From the NCBI RefSeq assembly GCF_020745735.1, contig NC_083435.1, positions 19,343,231 to 19,407,230 of the forward strand: a stretch of DNA of 64,000 bases, in the 5' to 3' direction. Made by a program: the position numbers and the translations under genes. Shown here piece after piece: positions 1 through 13,589 of this stretch (positions are counted from its first letter, which is position 1; each line of letters opens with the position of its first letter). Below the pieces are notes generated by a model, which ran no database searches, was not told where the DNA came from, and was given only the letters and a program-made list of their open reading frames with translations. Origin of the DNA: Hemiscyllium ocellatum. Its lineage: Eukaryota.

Positions 1-325
1 GCAGACCATTCGGCCCATCAAGTCTCACCAACCCTCAAAGACCATCCCACCCCAACCTTCCCCCTATCCTATCATCCCTGCATTTCCCATGACTAACCAC
101 CTAGTCTACACGTCTGGGGACACCATGGACAATTTAGCATCGCCAATCCACTCGAACCTACACATCTTTGGATTATGGGAGGTAACTGGAGCTCCCAGAG
201 GAAACCCACACAGGCAAGGGGAGAATGTGCAAACTCCACACAGACAGCCCCCCCAGGCAGGAATCCAGCCTGGATCTCTGGTGCTGTGAGGCAGCAGTGC
301 TAACCACCAAGCAACCATGCCACCC
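1..325 (-). mobile_element. HE1-type SINE
   Basis: Same body as 43966-44258, reverse strand. Confidence 0.85.
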
Positions 326-1084
326 ATTATTCATCTCTTAGTGTTCGCTTTCTTGGCGCTCACTCTGAAAGTGTTGCTGTGGCTCACATTCTCTGTTAGT
401 GCAGAGGGATAGGCAGGCACTTGTCACAGTGGGGAGCACTGAACAGTTAAGGGATGGTCATGTTATGGTAGAGCATCATGCTACATACACCAGTGGCATG
501 CACCAATCATCTACAGGGCAGGCACAGTACATGTGTTTCAACCCAATGGCCACAACTGAAAATCAAAGTCAAGAACATCTTAGCATAATGCAGGAGCACT
601 ACAAATAGTTAGGGAATACCATCACTGGCAGTCACTTGGGTAGGTCTGATTCTAGTCCAGGAGGTTTACCACTGCCAGTCAGGCACTTGGACTGAGCAGG
701 GGGTGTCCTTGCAATCTGTGGTTCAGACCAGGGCCAGTCCTGCAGGTCCAGTGTAAACTTTCCAGGGAGCTCCAGAGACTGCCGAGGTTGACGGTTCATA
801 TTTTTGCCGCAATGAGGTAAAGAGAGGGATTGGGGTTTGCTGGGAACAGATGGAACAGCAAACACTGATGGAGCAGCGAGGAGAAGGTGAGCAGCAAGTG
901 AGTGGGAAGCACAGAAGGCGGGAAGTGTTAGTTGTTTGGGAGGAGGAGGTGACTGAGAGATATCGAGTGGATACATTCGAATGACTTGCAGTGCACGAGC
1001 CTTGGTGAGGTGAGGATGCAGCGGCATATTGGGAGTGCGTGGTGGACCTGTGGTTCTGAAGCAGCACAGAGAAAGTGATGGGCA

Positions 1085-1195
1085 CGTACTCTTGCAGAAT
1101 GCAGGAGATCATGAACCTTCTCCCTGCACCACTGGACATTCTTTCTGAGCTGGGACAAGTCACTGATCCAGCCACAATGTGTCCAGGTTTGTTGG
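1085..1195 (-). pseudogene. Myb/SANT-like relic, probably from a Harbinger transposon
   Basis: QWCREKVHDLLHSAR matches the QCRKKxNDL motif of Myb/SANT-like (NAIF1/MSANTD-type) proteins. The upstream VAGSV is in another frame. Confidence 0.45.
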
Positions 1196-1214
1196 GTCTG
1201 CTAGTACGGCCTAC

Positions 1215-1530
1215 TAGAGTTAGCACTGCTGCCTCACAGCGCCAGGGGCCCAGGGTCGATCCTTCCCTTAGGCGACTGTCTGCGGCGAGTTTGCATGTTC
1301 TCCCTGTGTCTTCTGGGTGCTCGGTTTCCTCCCACCGTCCAAAGATTTGCAGGTTAGCCTGGATTGGCCATGCCAAATTGCTCATAGTGTCCAGGGGTGT
1401 GCAGGCGAGTTGGATTAATCATGGTAAGTGCAGGGTTACAGGGAAAGGGAGGATCTGGACGGGATGCCCTTCAGAAGGTCCGTGCAGACCCGCTGCGCTA
1501 AATTGTCTGTATCTGCACTTGTGAGGATTC
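1215..1530 (+). mobile_element. HE1-type SINE
   Basis: Head ttagcactgctgcctcacagc, conserved body, tail ctatgattcta. Confidence 0.85.
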
Positions 1531-1574
1531 TATGATTCTATTTCAGTGGTCAACAGGAGAAAGGACAGGGCGAA

Positions 1575-1700
1575 AGTGAGGACTGCAGATAGTGGAGGTC
1601 AGAGTCAAGATTAGTGCGATGCTGGAAAAGCACAGCAGGTCAGGCAGCATCTGAGGAGCAGGAAAATCGACGTTTCATGCAAAAGCTCTTCATAAGGAAT
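1575..1700 (-). repeat. Dispersed Penelope terminal-repeat fragment (one of many)
   Basis: Motif gatgctgcctgacctgctgtgcttttccagca...ccagcatctgcagtc. Other copies at ~2680-2790, 6700-6805, 17805-17890, 25270-25350, 32030-32120, 33690-33960, 40910-41225 and 43850-43925. Confidence 0.8.
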
Positions 1701-4700
1701 GCCAGTCTGTCTCTAAAGGGGACAAATGGATGCAATATATTTAGATTGTCAGTAGGCATTTGATAAAGCACCACATATTAGACTACTAATAAGATCCGAG
1801 CCCATGATAAGTATATTAAACATGGATAGAGATGGGCTAACTAACAGACGACATAGAGTAGGGGTAAAAGGGGCAATTTTCAGATTGTATGTTCAGACTG
1901 AATGCTGGGCTTGCAATTTGTTACAATATATTAATGCCTTGGATGCTGATGGAATGAATGTACTGTAGTCAAATCTAGAGCTGTGGTGAAAAATAGATGG
2001 AAGGCCAGTGATACAAAGAGTCGACAGAGGGTTATAGACAGGTTATGCAAGTAAGTAAATATTTGGCAGGTGGAATATAATTTGGGAAAATGAGAATTGC
2101 TGCACTTTGGTAGGAGCGATAGATGAGCTAGTTTTCATTTAAATAGAGAACAACTGCAGAAAGACACAGCTCAGTGGGAGTCCTCAGGCATGAATCACAA
2201 AAAGCTAGTGCGCAAGTTCAATGGGCAGACAAAGGAATACTGACTCTTATTTGAAAGGGAGCACAGTATGAATAAAGATGAAATAATGCAGTTGCTGGAA
2301 ACTTGAAATTCTGAAGAAGATTCAGAAATGTTAAATCTGTTTCTCTCTCCACAGAAGCTGCCAAACCTGCAAAATTTCTCCAGAATTCACTGTGTGATTA
2401 AAAACAGGGAAGCCTTCGTTAAACTGTATAAGGCACTCATCAGGCAATACTGTGAACAGTTTTCGGCGTCTTATTTCAGGAAAGATATCCTGGCAATGCA
2501 GGCAGTACAGAGACTGCCTTCTGAGCAGACCTTGAGTTGGTTGGGCCTCCTCTTATTGGAGTTTAGAAGAATGAGAGATGACCTGATTGAAACAAACAAA
2601 ATGTTTTGGGGACTTGACATGGTAGATGCAGAAAGGTCATTTCCCCTAGGGTCAGTCCAGGACAAGGCAGCATAATCTCAGATGCTGGAGATTAGAGTCA
2701 AGATCAGAGTGGCACTGGAAAAGCACAGCAGGTCAGGCAGCATCCAAGGAGCAGGAAAATCGATGTTTTGGGCAAAAGCCCTTCATCAGCATAATCTCAG
2801 ACCCATTAATAAAAACCAGAGATGAGAAAGAATTTCTTCTCTCAGAAGTTAATGAACTTGTGGACTTGTTTACCATAGCAAGCTATAACGGTGGTGGGGG
2901 TGGGTGTGTGGGGGGGGGGGGGGGGGGGGGGGGGGAGCAGGTTAAAGTCTATTCAAGGTGAGAAAGGCAGATTTTTCTTAATCATTACTGGAATCAAGTG
3001 AAAAGCATAGAGGTGGTGTTGAGGATTATCGGGAGAGACTCAGCAGGTCTGGCAGCATCTGTGGAGAGAAAAACGGAGTGAATGTTTTGAGAACCCTTCC
3101 TCGGAACATTCCTGCTAACTCTGCCTTCTTTCTACAGATGCTGCCAGACTGAATGCTTTTCTTCAGCACTCCCTTTTGGTTTCATATTTCCAATCTCCCC
3201 AGTTCTCTCTGTTTGTTCAAGGGTTTTCACAGTCATAAAGTCATTCCGCATGGAAACAGACCCTTTAGTCCAACCAGCCCTTACCAACCATAATCCCAAA
3301 CTGAACTAGTCCCACCTGCCTGAACTTGACCCATGTGTCTCCAAAGATTTCTTATTCACGTATTTATCTAAATGTCTTTTAAACGTTGTGCCTGTACCCA
3401 TACCTACCATTTCCTCTGGAAGTTCATTCAAGCCACAAACCACTCTCTGTGTGAGAACAGTTGTCCCTTATGTCTTTTCTGCTTTCCTCTTAACATTATG
3501 CCATCAGCCATGATCTCACTGAATGACAGAGCAGTTTAATGGCCTACTTCTGCAGCTACATCATGTGGTCTTATAGTAATTGAAAATGCTTTCTCTTAAT
3601 TAACTCTAAATCCAACTAACTCTATAGAAACCTCTGTCACGCCCCCTCTTAGAAACCAGCCTTTCTGATTCCAGGGAGAACAACAGGTTCTGAGCTGAAC
3701 TGCAAATGTCAGTACATAGTACATAATGTACATAATGTCTATTATGTTATACTTTCTGTCTTCCCCCCCCCCCCCGCCCCCTCAAGATCTGCAGTCATCC
3801 ACTCAGTAATTATGTAATTTGTTGCACATCTGCAGCAATATGCTCTTGCTGTGGTTTCAGTAAACTTCGAAACAAGGCCTTGGGTATAACAGGAAGCAGT
3901 AATATCACTAGGTTGCTGATACAAGTTCACATGAGCTTCACACCGAGCCTCTGAATATGGAGAACATGAGCGAAGGGCCTCAGTGGCTACAGCAGGCAAC
4001 TGAGAAACCAAGACCCAACCAGCTCTCACTGGGCCTCCCTGCAGACATTTCACTCTCAGAGCTGCTCCTGTCTTCTTTCAACTCAAAGGTCACCTGCAGA
4101 ATGTTCCACTGCTGTAAACCACTGACAACTGAAGCCGAACATCTTGCTAACTTTAAATACGCTTTTAAAAAGCGCTCATTGAGAAGAGGCTACTTGCTCC
4201 AGTCCATGTTGTGGCTGTAAATACACCTTCACAGACGGGGAGCATGCATTAACCTGACAGGTTCATTGTGCTGAACTCAAGAAGTCTGACGGTCCATGAA
4301 AGAACATGTTAAATTTTCTTTCTCGTTCACCTGTGGGGTATCATTGCTTTCATTGCTCAGACCTTCAGGAGTTGGGATGTTATGTCGAGGTTGTACAGGA
4401 CGTTGCTGAGGCCTCTTCTGGAGTACTGTGTGCAGTTCCTGGTCTCTCTGTTATAGGAACTACATTATTATTAAACTGGAGAGGGTCCAGAACAAATTTG
4501 CCAGGATGTTATCAGGAATGAAGGATTCCAGTTAGAAGGAGTGGGTGGATAGGCTGGGACATTTCTCACTGGATCTTATAGAGGCTTAGAAAATCGATAA
4601 GGTAAATGGCCGTAGAGTGGGGGATTTCAGACCAGGGACATATTTTTAAGGTGAGAGGATAAAGATTTAGAAAAGACATAAGGAGCAATTTTTTTTTACA

Positions 4701-4870
4701 CAGAGAGTGGTTTGTGTGTAGATTGAACTTCCAGAGGAAGTGATGGATTTGGGTACAATTACGATGTTTAAGACATTTAGATAAATACATGAATAATAAA
4801 TGTTTGGGGGGATATGGACCAAGTGCGGGCAGGTGGGACTAGTTTATTTTGAGATTATGGTTGGCACAAA
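1700..4870. mobile_element. Patchwork of old CR1 fragments and short inverted-repeat elements
   Basis: CR1-like RT/3' pieces at ~1700-2260, 2400-2880, 3230-3660 (-) and 4380-4870. Hairpin-like element at ~3030-3180. Unique-looking sequence at ~3700-4300 is not explained by these. Confidence 0.55.
2910..2935. repeat. Poly-G run
   Basis: About 26 consecutive G. Confidence 0.9.
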
Positions 4871-6424
4871 CCAGTGGTATCGCCAAGAAGGTTTTATGTG
4901 TCTAACCAGCTCTGCTGAGTAATAAACAGCATGGACTCATTGTACCCAAGGATCTGTTTCCTTGCTAATGACTCTATGACTCAATATCATTTTTTGCCCA
5001 CGCTGGCTGTCCTTGAGAAGGTGGTGGTGAGCTGCCTTTTTGAACCACTGCAGTCCATGTGCTGCAGATCGACCCAAAATATTGTTAGGATTGTGATCCA
5101 GTGACGTTAAAGGAATGGTAATATATTTCAAAGTCAGCACGGTGAGTGGCTTGGAGAGGAACTTGCAGGAGATGGTGTTTCCACGTATCTGTTACCCTTG
5201 TCTTTCGAGATGGAAGTGGTCAAGGGTTTGGAATCTACCCTCTAAGGGCCTTAGTAACATCTCAGTAACAAAGGGAACTGAAGGGGATCCAGTCAGACTC
5301 TCCTACTGGGGTCACATCATCTCCATTTTCCTTGATGATCTCAGTAATTGGAAATCTCTCCATCTCAGATCCAAAAGCTGAAATTGTTTGCTGTATTCAA
5401 TAGCTTTCAGGAAGAGATTATCAGATTGCCATTGTCCTTTGTGTGAAAAAGTGCTTCCTAGTGTATTTCTTCAGCAACCCAGCTTGAATTGTGGGACTAT
5501 GTCCATATATTATTGATTGCCCCACCAGTAGAAGAATTTTCTCCATATCTATCTTGTGGAAAAAATATTTCACAAAATGTACAGGCATCAGTGTAGCTTC
5601 AGTCCATTATGAAACTGTACTCAAAATACATCTAGGAAATATTAGAATTCAATTTGAAACATTTTGTTCAGATCATAAAAAGGGAAATACTCTTTCTCCC
5701 CATTTCTTTATATTAAAATTTGAAAAGGTTTGAATTGCTACTGGAGGCAACTTTCTTACTTTCAATGATTCCATTCTCTGAACACAACTGTGTCCTCTGA
5801 ACAGAGCATGCAGGTCTCCAAGTATCATTCCCTTCACTCTTCACCCTGCAATTTTCACGCACACCTATGCGTTACACCTATACGTACTGATCACTTACCC
5901 CAACTCCAATACACCCAACCCCAACCCTCCAAATCCTACCCCTGCTCCACTCTTCCTCCACCCATTGCACACCTTCTGCCTATGATTGCACTCACCTCTT
6001 CCACATTAACAGCCTCTACTCCCCTTGTTATCAGCGAGTCTTCTCCCTGAGGGATGTGCTCCTGTATTGATCTTGCTCAATTTCAGGAAAGACCCAATAT
6101 TGCAAGATGTAAACAAGATGGCATTAGTTTGTAGCATTGGATACCAAGGCACAAAGTCAATGGCAAACTGAATTGCCGTTGAACTGTTAAAGTTGCACCA
6201 AAATACGGACTTGTACTCAGCAACATTGTTGTTTCATAATTGCTCAGTTTTGAATTCTCTTCCCCCTCATAATCTATTGACACAGATTAGCTTATGCATT
6301 TTGGTAAGACTGAGAGAGAATAACAGTTTAATTGAACTGTGGCACCTCCCAATAATGCTGCCAATAGGATCTTCCAAAAAGCATTAGACAGGATTGACGA
6401 TGGTAGTAGAACTGTGTTTTCACT

Positions 6425-7115
6425 CACGGGATGTGGGTGCCACTGTCAGGGCCAGCATTTATGACCCGTCCTAGTTGTCCCTTGAGAAGATGGTAGACAG
6501 CTGTCTTCTTGAACTGCTGCAGTCCGTATGCTGTAAGTCGATGCCAATACAGAGGGATTTCCAAGATCCTTGAAGGAACGGCGCTTTGTTTCCAAGTCAG
6601 GATGGTGAATGTCTTTGAGGGGAACTTGCAGGAGGTGTTCCCATGTATCTGCTGCCCTTGACCTTCCAGGTGGAAATAGTCGTGGAGAAAGTAAGGGCTG
6701 CAGATGCTGGAGATCAGAGCTGAAAAATGTGTTGCTGGAAAAGCGCAGCAGGTCAGGCAGCATCCAAAGAATAGGAGAATCGACGTTTCGGGCATGAGCC
6801 CTTCTTTTGGAAATAGTCGTGGGTTGGGAAGACGCTGTCTAAGAAATTTTGGTGAATTTCTGCAGTGCAATTTGTACATAGTTTATACAGCTGCCACTGA
6901 ACGTCATTGGAGTTGGGAGTAAATGTTGGTGGATATGGTGCCAATCAAGCAGGCTGCTTTGTCCTGGATGGTGTCAAGTGTCTTAAGAGTTATTGGAGCT
7001 GCATTCATCCAGGCAAGTGAACAGCATTCCATTACACTCCTGATATGTGCCTTGTAGACTATGGGCAGGCTTTGGGGAGTCAGGAAGGAGTTACTTATTG
7101 TAAGATTTCTTGCCA
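6425..7115 (-). mobile_element. LINE 3' fragment, clade not assigned
   Basis: Motif LIGTISTNIYS and tail aagggcaactaggacgggtcataaatgctggcc. Related pieces at ~4990-5240, 15100-15150, 42100-42250 and 52150-52430. Confidence 0.65.
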
Positions 7116-7974
7116 CCATCCCTGAGTTTCAAAAATTATTTGTTGAAGGATCAGATAATTGATTTGAGAGCGATATTACGTATTTCAGCATAAAAGTGAC
7201 ATTACAGCTAAGTAATTGATTAGGAAATGCGAAGAATTGGGTCAAATTATTGCTGTTCCAGTGGGAAGGCAAAATGTAGTGGTGTTCCCCAATACGTGGC
7301 AGGAGTTCCATTGTTAAGTATTAATGGCCAGGATCTGGGTGCACTGAACACAATTTCAAAGTTTGCAAGCAGTATCAAACTCGGAAATGTAATGAACAGG
7401 GAGGAAAGTCATAAAAGTCTCCATGAGAAGACAGTCTGGGGAAATGAGCAGCTACATGGCAGATTGTATTAGCTACTGTGCATTTTAATATTTCAGCGGT
7501 TGTAAATCACTCAAGTTTACAAAGTGCAGATCTTTCCTTCGTTTGTGCATCATGATAGGGCCAGGCAGAGCTGTATGTGAGGGGATAGGGAAGGATTACC
7601 TTCAGAAAGGCAGACTGTCAGCAACAGGCAGGGTAAGAGCTGAACGCATCAAAGATGATGCCTTTCCTCACTGTGTTGGGTGCACAGGAGAGATGTATTA
7701 TTGGGGCTTGTGAGGAGAAGAGATACAAATGACAGTACATGGAAGGAAGTGGTATTGCTAATAAAGTGTTATGTCTCTAACCAGCTCTGCTAGGTGATAA
7801 ACGGTTCAGTAACCTATGAGAGCAGTTGGGTCTCAGTGCTGGGACATTGAAGGGCCACTAATAACTAACACAGAAAAACCACAGAGGTGAATTCAAGTCA
7901 CATCCCAGAAAAAAGCTGCAATTTGGGCTGTCGAGTGAAAAAGGAAAAGTTTCTGTCGCTTTGATGTCTATATC

Positions 7975-8235
7975 AGCAAGTTCAAAACCACACAGCACCA
8001 GGTTACAGTCCAACAGGTTTATTTGAAATATTAATTCATTAACATTTAAATCCCAGAACTTCTTTTGAGTCACATTCTCAAGATAAATTAGGGTTTTATT
8101 TAAAAAAAGGTGACATCTCAGCTCAGGCAATGACTGCCTGCAGGCTGTGTGCTTTTTGATCAAAATAGAATGTGTGTGCAAATACAAGTCTGAAAATGTG
8201 AATTCACCCCGTAGACACGCATGTTTATGTGCGCA

Positions 8236-8270
<35 letters not shown>

Positions 8271-9130
8271 CGTGCAATAGTGTGACATGAACCCGGTTGA
8301 GGCCATGCTCATGGGTAAACTCGGCTATCAGCCTCTGCTCGGCCACTTTACTTTGTTGCGTATCCCGAATCTGCTTTGGAGGATGGTCACCCAGAGATCT
8401 GAGGCCAAATGTCCTTGACCGCTGAAGGTCCCCCCACTGGGAGGATGCAATGTTCAACTCAATTATCATCAGTTCCACCAACCCACAGCGAGAAACCGTA
8501 ATGGCCACCTCAGGAGACAGACATGGGATGAAACCGATAGGGTACCCTTCATCGTCCAGTACTTCCTGGGACTGGAGAAACGATGCTATGTTCTTTACAG
8601 CCTACAACATATTATTGATAAAGATGAGCACCTCACCAAGATCTTGCCTACACCTCCACTTCTCACCTTTAGACAACTTCCAAACCTTAAACAGATCATT
8701 GTTCACAGCAAACTGCCCAGACTTCAGGACCACATCGACCACAACACCGTACAATCCTGTCATGGCAACCATTGCAAGACATGTCAGAGTGTCAGTACGG
8801 ATACCACCCTGACACGTGGGGACAACACCCACCATGTACATGGCAGGGACTCATGTGACTCGGCCAACGTTGCCTATCTCATACGCTGCAGGCAAGGATG
8901 CCCCGAGGCATGGTACATTATCAAGACCGAGCAGATGCTACATCAATGAACGAATGGGCACCGCAGTACAATCACCAGACAGGGATGTTCCCTTCCAGTC
9001 AGGGAACATTTCAGCAGTCAGGAACATTCGGCCTTGGATCTTCGGACCAAATAAATCAGTTGGACTATAACCTGGCATTGTATGATTTTAACTTTGTCCA
9101 CCCCAGTCCAACACCAGCACCTCCACATCA
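7975..9130. mobile_element. Penelope-like element (second family) with inverted terminal segments
   Basis: ORF 8644-8949 gives PPLLTFRQLPNLKQIIV...CKTC...SCDSANVAYLIRCRQGCPEAWYI (GIY-YIG region). The ends carry the caccaggttacagtccaacaggtttatttg motif and its reverse complement. Confidence 0.75.
8238..8268. repeat. (GT)n microsatellite
   Basis: Direct reading. Confidence 0.95.
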
Positions 9131-9659
9131 TGAATAGGAAATGATTTGGAGATGCCGGTGTTGGAGTGGGGTGTAGAAAATTAAAAATCACACAAGACCA
9201 GGTTATAGTCCAAAAGGTTTATTTCAAACCAATAGCTTTCAGAACACTGTTTTGGAAGGATACAGGCCAAATACAGGAAAATGGGACTAGTTTGGTTTGG
9301 GAACGTGGTTTTGGCATGGACTGGTTGGACCGAAGGATCTCTTCCCATGTTGTGTGAATGTAAAAGGAGTTTACATATGTAAGTGTAAGATGACCTCCTT
9401 GCTCCTGTAGTAAAACCCAGCATGCTGTCTACATTATTGACTGCTCTCTCAACCTGTCCTGCCACCTGCAGTGACAAACATGCATATGCAGCCAGATCTG
9501 TCTACACCTGCAGTCCCTTTGGAAGTTGACCTTTCATCTTATGAGGGATGTGTCCCAACATGTGAGATTGTCGTCACTATTAAAAATATCACATACATGG
9601 TTGTTACATCATGCCATTGATGATGTGCGTCCTTAACAGTCGTTCTCTCTAACTGTTAA

Positions 9660-10460
9660 AGATTCATACAGCATCCATCGGTCCAACCAGTCCACGCCAA
9701 ACATAATCCCAAACTAAACTGGACCCACCTGTCTACTCGTGGCCAATATCTCTCTGAACCTTTCCTATTCACGTACTTACGTAAGTATCTTTTAAAATTG
9801 TAACTCTGCCCATATCCACCATTTGCTCAAAAGGCTCATTCCACATGCAAACCACCCTTTGTGGAGAACATCTACCCCCTCATATCTTTTTTGAATCTCT
9901 CTCCTCTCACATTAAGAGGATCCGCTCTAGTCTTGTAATCATCTATCCTAGGGAAAAGACACCAACCATTAATGCTGCCTCTACCTCTCTTGATGTTATA
10001 AACCTCTATAAGGTCACCTCTCAATCGCCTGTGCTCCAATGATAAAAGTCCCAGTTTTCCCAGTATTTCTTTAGAAGTCAAACCTTCCACAGCTGGCAAT
10101 ATCCTGGTAAAACATTCTCTAGCTTAATAATATCTTTCCTAACACTGGGTGAGCAGAACTGGACACAATACTACATAAGAAGCCTCACCAAAGTCCTGTA
10201 CAACCTCAACACGACATTCCAACTCTTATACTCAAAGGACTGAGCATTGAAGACAAGCGTGCTCAATGCCTTTTTAACCACCTTGTCTATATGTGACACA
10301 AACTTCAAAGAATTATGTACCTGAATCTTTAAGTCCCATTATTCTACAACACTGCCCAAGACCCTACCACTAATTGTATACGTCCGGCCCGTGTTTGTTG
10401 CACTGAAATGTAATACCGCACATTTATCCAAATTTAACTCCATCTGCCATTTTTTGAGCC
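9660..10460 (-). mobile_element. CR1 LINE 3' fragment
   Basis: Motif LGLLSLEHRRLRGDLIEVYNI and a CR1-type 3' UTR. Confidence 0.8.
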
Positions 10461-10919
10461 CATTGACCCATTTGGATGACGATCCCTTTGTGATCTTAGA
10501 AAATATCCCAATCTGACCTCATCCCATTCGCCAGGTGAGGGGGGAGCAATCACTCAATGCAGTTTTACTTTCAAGACGTATAAACTCACCAACTGATCAG
10601 ATCTTACAGTGCAATTCCACCACCTTCACAATCTCATGAAAGGGTGCATAACATTTCAGAAGTTTAATTATCATTTTCCACATGTACATATGATCAGCTA
10701 CAAAGGCCCAGGAAGCTAGACTTCAAAACACCAATGCTGTGGGGAGAGGGGACATGGGGCCTGTTATAAGCTGTTGCTTTGCCAGGCCAGGGGATTGAGC
10801 CACTGACACTGAGGGATTTTACGCAAATTGGCTAATGTTCAGTGTGATGTAGTGTACAGTTGCAACTTTTTCACTGGATGAAAAGTCAGCTGTTGTATTT
10901 GGAAGACTTCATGCTGTTC

Positions 10920-11203
10920 AGGTGGCTCAGTGGTTAACACTGCTGTCGCACAGCACCAGGCTCCCAGGTTCAATTCCAACCTTGGGAGACTATCTGTGTG
11001 GAGTTTGCATATTCTCCCCTTGTCTGCGTGGGTTTCCTCCCACAGTCTAAAGATGTGCAGGTCTGGTGAATTGACCGTGCTAAATTGCCCATAGTGTTAG
11101 GTGCATTAGTCAGAGGGAAATGGGCCTGGTTGGGTTACTCTTCGAAGGGTCACTGTGGACATGTCAGGCCCGAAGGGTCTGTTTCCACACTGTAAGGAAT
11201 CTA
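10920..11203 (+). mobile_element. HE1-type SINE
   Basis: Head ggtggctcagtggttaacactgctg, conserved body, tail gtttccacactgtaaggaatcta. Confidence 0.85.
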
Positions 11204-11829
11204 ACCAAGCAGCATGGAGCAAGAGCAGGGCGTTCTTGCTGCAATTGTACAGGGTCTTGGTAAAAGCACAACTGGAGTATTGTGTGCAGTTTTGATTTTC
11301 CGAACGAGATGGGCGGGCAGTATTTCGATTGGATAATTGATGATTAGGTTTATTGATTCAGTGCCTCTCCTCTCGGGCTCGGAGTTTTCTGAAGTTTCCT
11401 TTCTCCTCGCTCTGCCTGCCTTGCTGCCTCTCTCTGTCTCAGGGTTTGTTCCTGAGCAGAACACACTGGTGTGTAAGGGATCTGCAGCATTGATGAAGCC
11501 TCCCGCCCCCACCCATCAGTTCAACAGGATTGACACAGCGAGCACTTGCTAAGCCCGCTTCCCAATCAGGAGACTAAGCAGCAGCACACTGCACGCAAGC
11601 CCCTGCACCCCTGTTCGCCCCCACCCCTATCCCCACATCTGTCATCTGCCCCCCCGCCTGCCCCCACCTTCACCCCCAACCTCATCCAACTCCACCCCCC
11701 GTCCCCACATCCTACCAAGCCACCCTGCCCCACCATGCGTCCCCCCCTCCGTCAGCATCCCTTCCCTCTCCGGGGCAGCCAGACTGGACACCAACTGCTG
11801 CTGCCCTTGGGAGGTAAGTCTCAAAGCAG

Positions 11830-13230
11830 AGCGCATACACACGCACACACACACGTACACACACACACGCACACACACACAGCCATACACCCACACACAC
11901 ACACATGCAGCCATACACACACAGACACACATACAGCCACACACACACATACACATATGTAGCCATTTACACACACACACACGGAGCCATACACACACAC
12001 ACATATACAGCCACACACACACACACAGCCACACACACACACACACATACAGACACATACGTAGCCATTTACACACACACACGGAGCCATACACACCACA
12101 CACACACACACACACGCAGCCATACACACACATACAGCCACACACACACGCACACACAGCCAAACATACACGTAGCCATTTACACACACACATATACAGC
12201 CACACACACACGCACACACAGCCAAACATACACGTAGCCATTTACACACACACATATACAGCCACACACACACGCACACACAGCCAAACATACACGTAGC
12301 CATTTACACACACACACATACAGCCACACACACACGCACACACAGCCAAACATACACGTAGCCATTTACACACACACACATACAGCCACACACACACACA
12401 CACACAGCCATACACACACACACACACACAAAACCATATATATACACACATGCAGCCACACACACAGACGCAGCCATATACACACACACACATACGAAGC
12501 CACACACACGCAACCATATATATATACACACACACACAGCCATACATTCACATGCAGCTGTACACACACACNNNNNNNNNNNNNNNNNNNNNNNNNNNNN
12601 NNNNNNNNNNNNNNNNNNNNNNNNNNNNNNNNNNNNNNNNNNNNNNNNNNNNNNNNNNNNNNNNNNNNNNNNNNNNNNNNNNNNNNNNNNNNNNNNNNNN
12701 NNNNNNNNNNNNNNNNNNNNNNNNNNNNNNNNNNNNNNNNNNNNNNNNNNNNNNNNNNNNNNNNNNNNNNNNNNNNNNNNNNNNNNNNNNNNNNNNNNNN
12801 NNNNNNNNNNNNNNNNNNNNNNNNNNNNNNNNNNNNNNNNNNTGCAGCCATATACACACACACACATGCAGCCATACACAGACACACACACACATGCAGC
12901 CATACACACACATGCAGCCATATACACACACACACCCATGCAACCATACACACACATGCAGCCATACACACACATATGCAGCATATATATATAATATATG
13001 TATACACACACACATGCAGCCATACAAAAACACACACACATAGACACATACATGCAGCCATATATATATACACACACATGCAGCCACACACACATACACA
13101 CACACACGCAGCCATACACACACACGTGCAGCCATACACACACATGTGTGCACCATACACACACACTTGAGCAATCACACACACGCGCGTGCGTGCAGCC
13201 ATATACAGATACACACATACATAAAATTTA
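11830..13230. repeat. Complex (CA)-rich micro/minisatellite spanning an assembly gap
   Basis: CAGCCATACACACACA-type units and ~60-bp higher-order units at 12160-12400. N run at 12572-12842 (271 nt). Confidence 0.95.
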
Positions 13231-13345
13231 ACTGCAAGTTTTTGACAAGTTCCATCTTTGACCTGTACAGGACAATGTTGGTGAGACTGTCTGGAGAAGG
13301 GGGGGTTTAGGGTACACCCCTGTGTAGAATTCCAGGGAAAGTGTG

Positions 13346-13347
<2 letters not shown>

Positions 13348-13377
<30 letters not shown>
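13348..13377. repeat. (GA)n microsatellite
   Basis: Direct reading. Confidence 0.95.
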
Positions 13378-13381
<4 letters not shown>

Positions 13382-13589
13382 GGACGGTCAGTCATTTGGA
13401 GATTGTGCCTGGGCTCCCATCGATGTCCAGGACTGTACTCAGCAGCATTTCGGAAAGACAAATTCATTTTTAATCATCGTAAACAAAAGACACGATCAGT
13501 ATTGGAAACACCTCTTTGATGTAATGATTCTATCGGGACCTTGAAATCTTCTTCCGATCAACCGAAATTCAGAGAATCGAAGTCCCTCT

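Noticed and set aside
2910-2935. Poly-G as functional G-quadruplex
   Set aside because: It lies inside a decayed CR1 3' region, and homopolymer length is unreliable in assemblies.
3742-4053. Cys-rich ORF as chemokine or Ly6-like protein
   Set aside because: No signal peptide, the Cys spacing does not fit either family, and no supporting splice pattern.
4892-7805. Shared ~35-bp motif (taaccagctctgct...ataaac) at ~4892-4928 and ~7766-7805
   Set aside because: Too short to interpret; most likely a fragment of an unrecognised repeat.
11642-13218. Long Cys/Val-rich or His/Thr-rich ORFs
   Set aside because: They are translations of the (CA)n/(TG)n satellite and the N gap.
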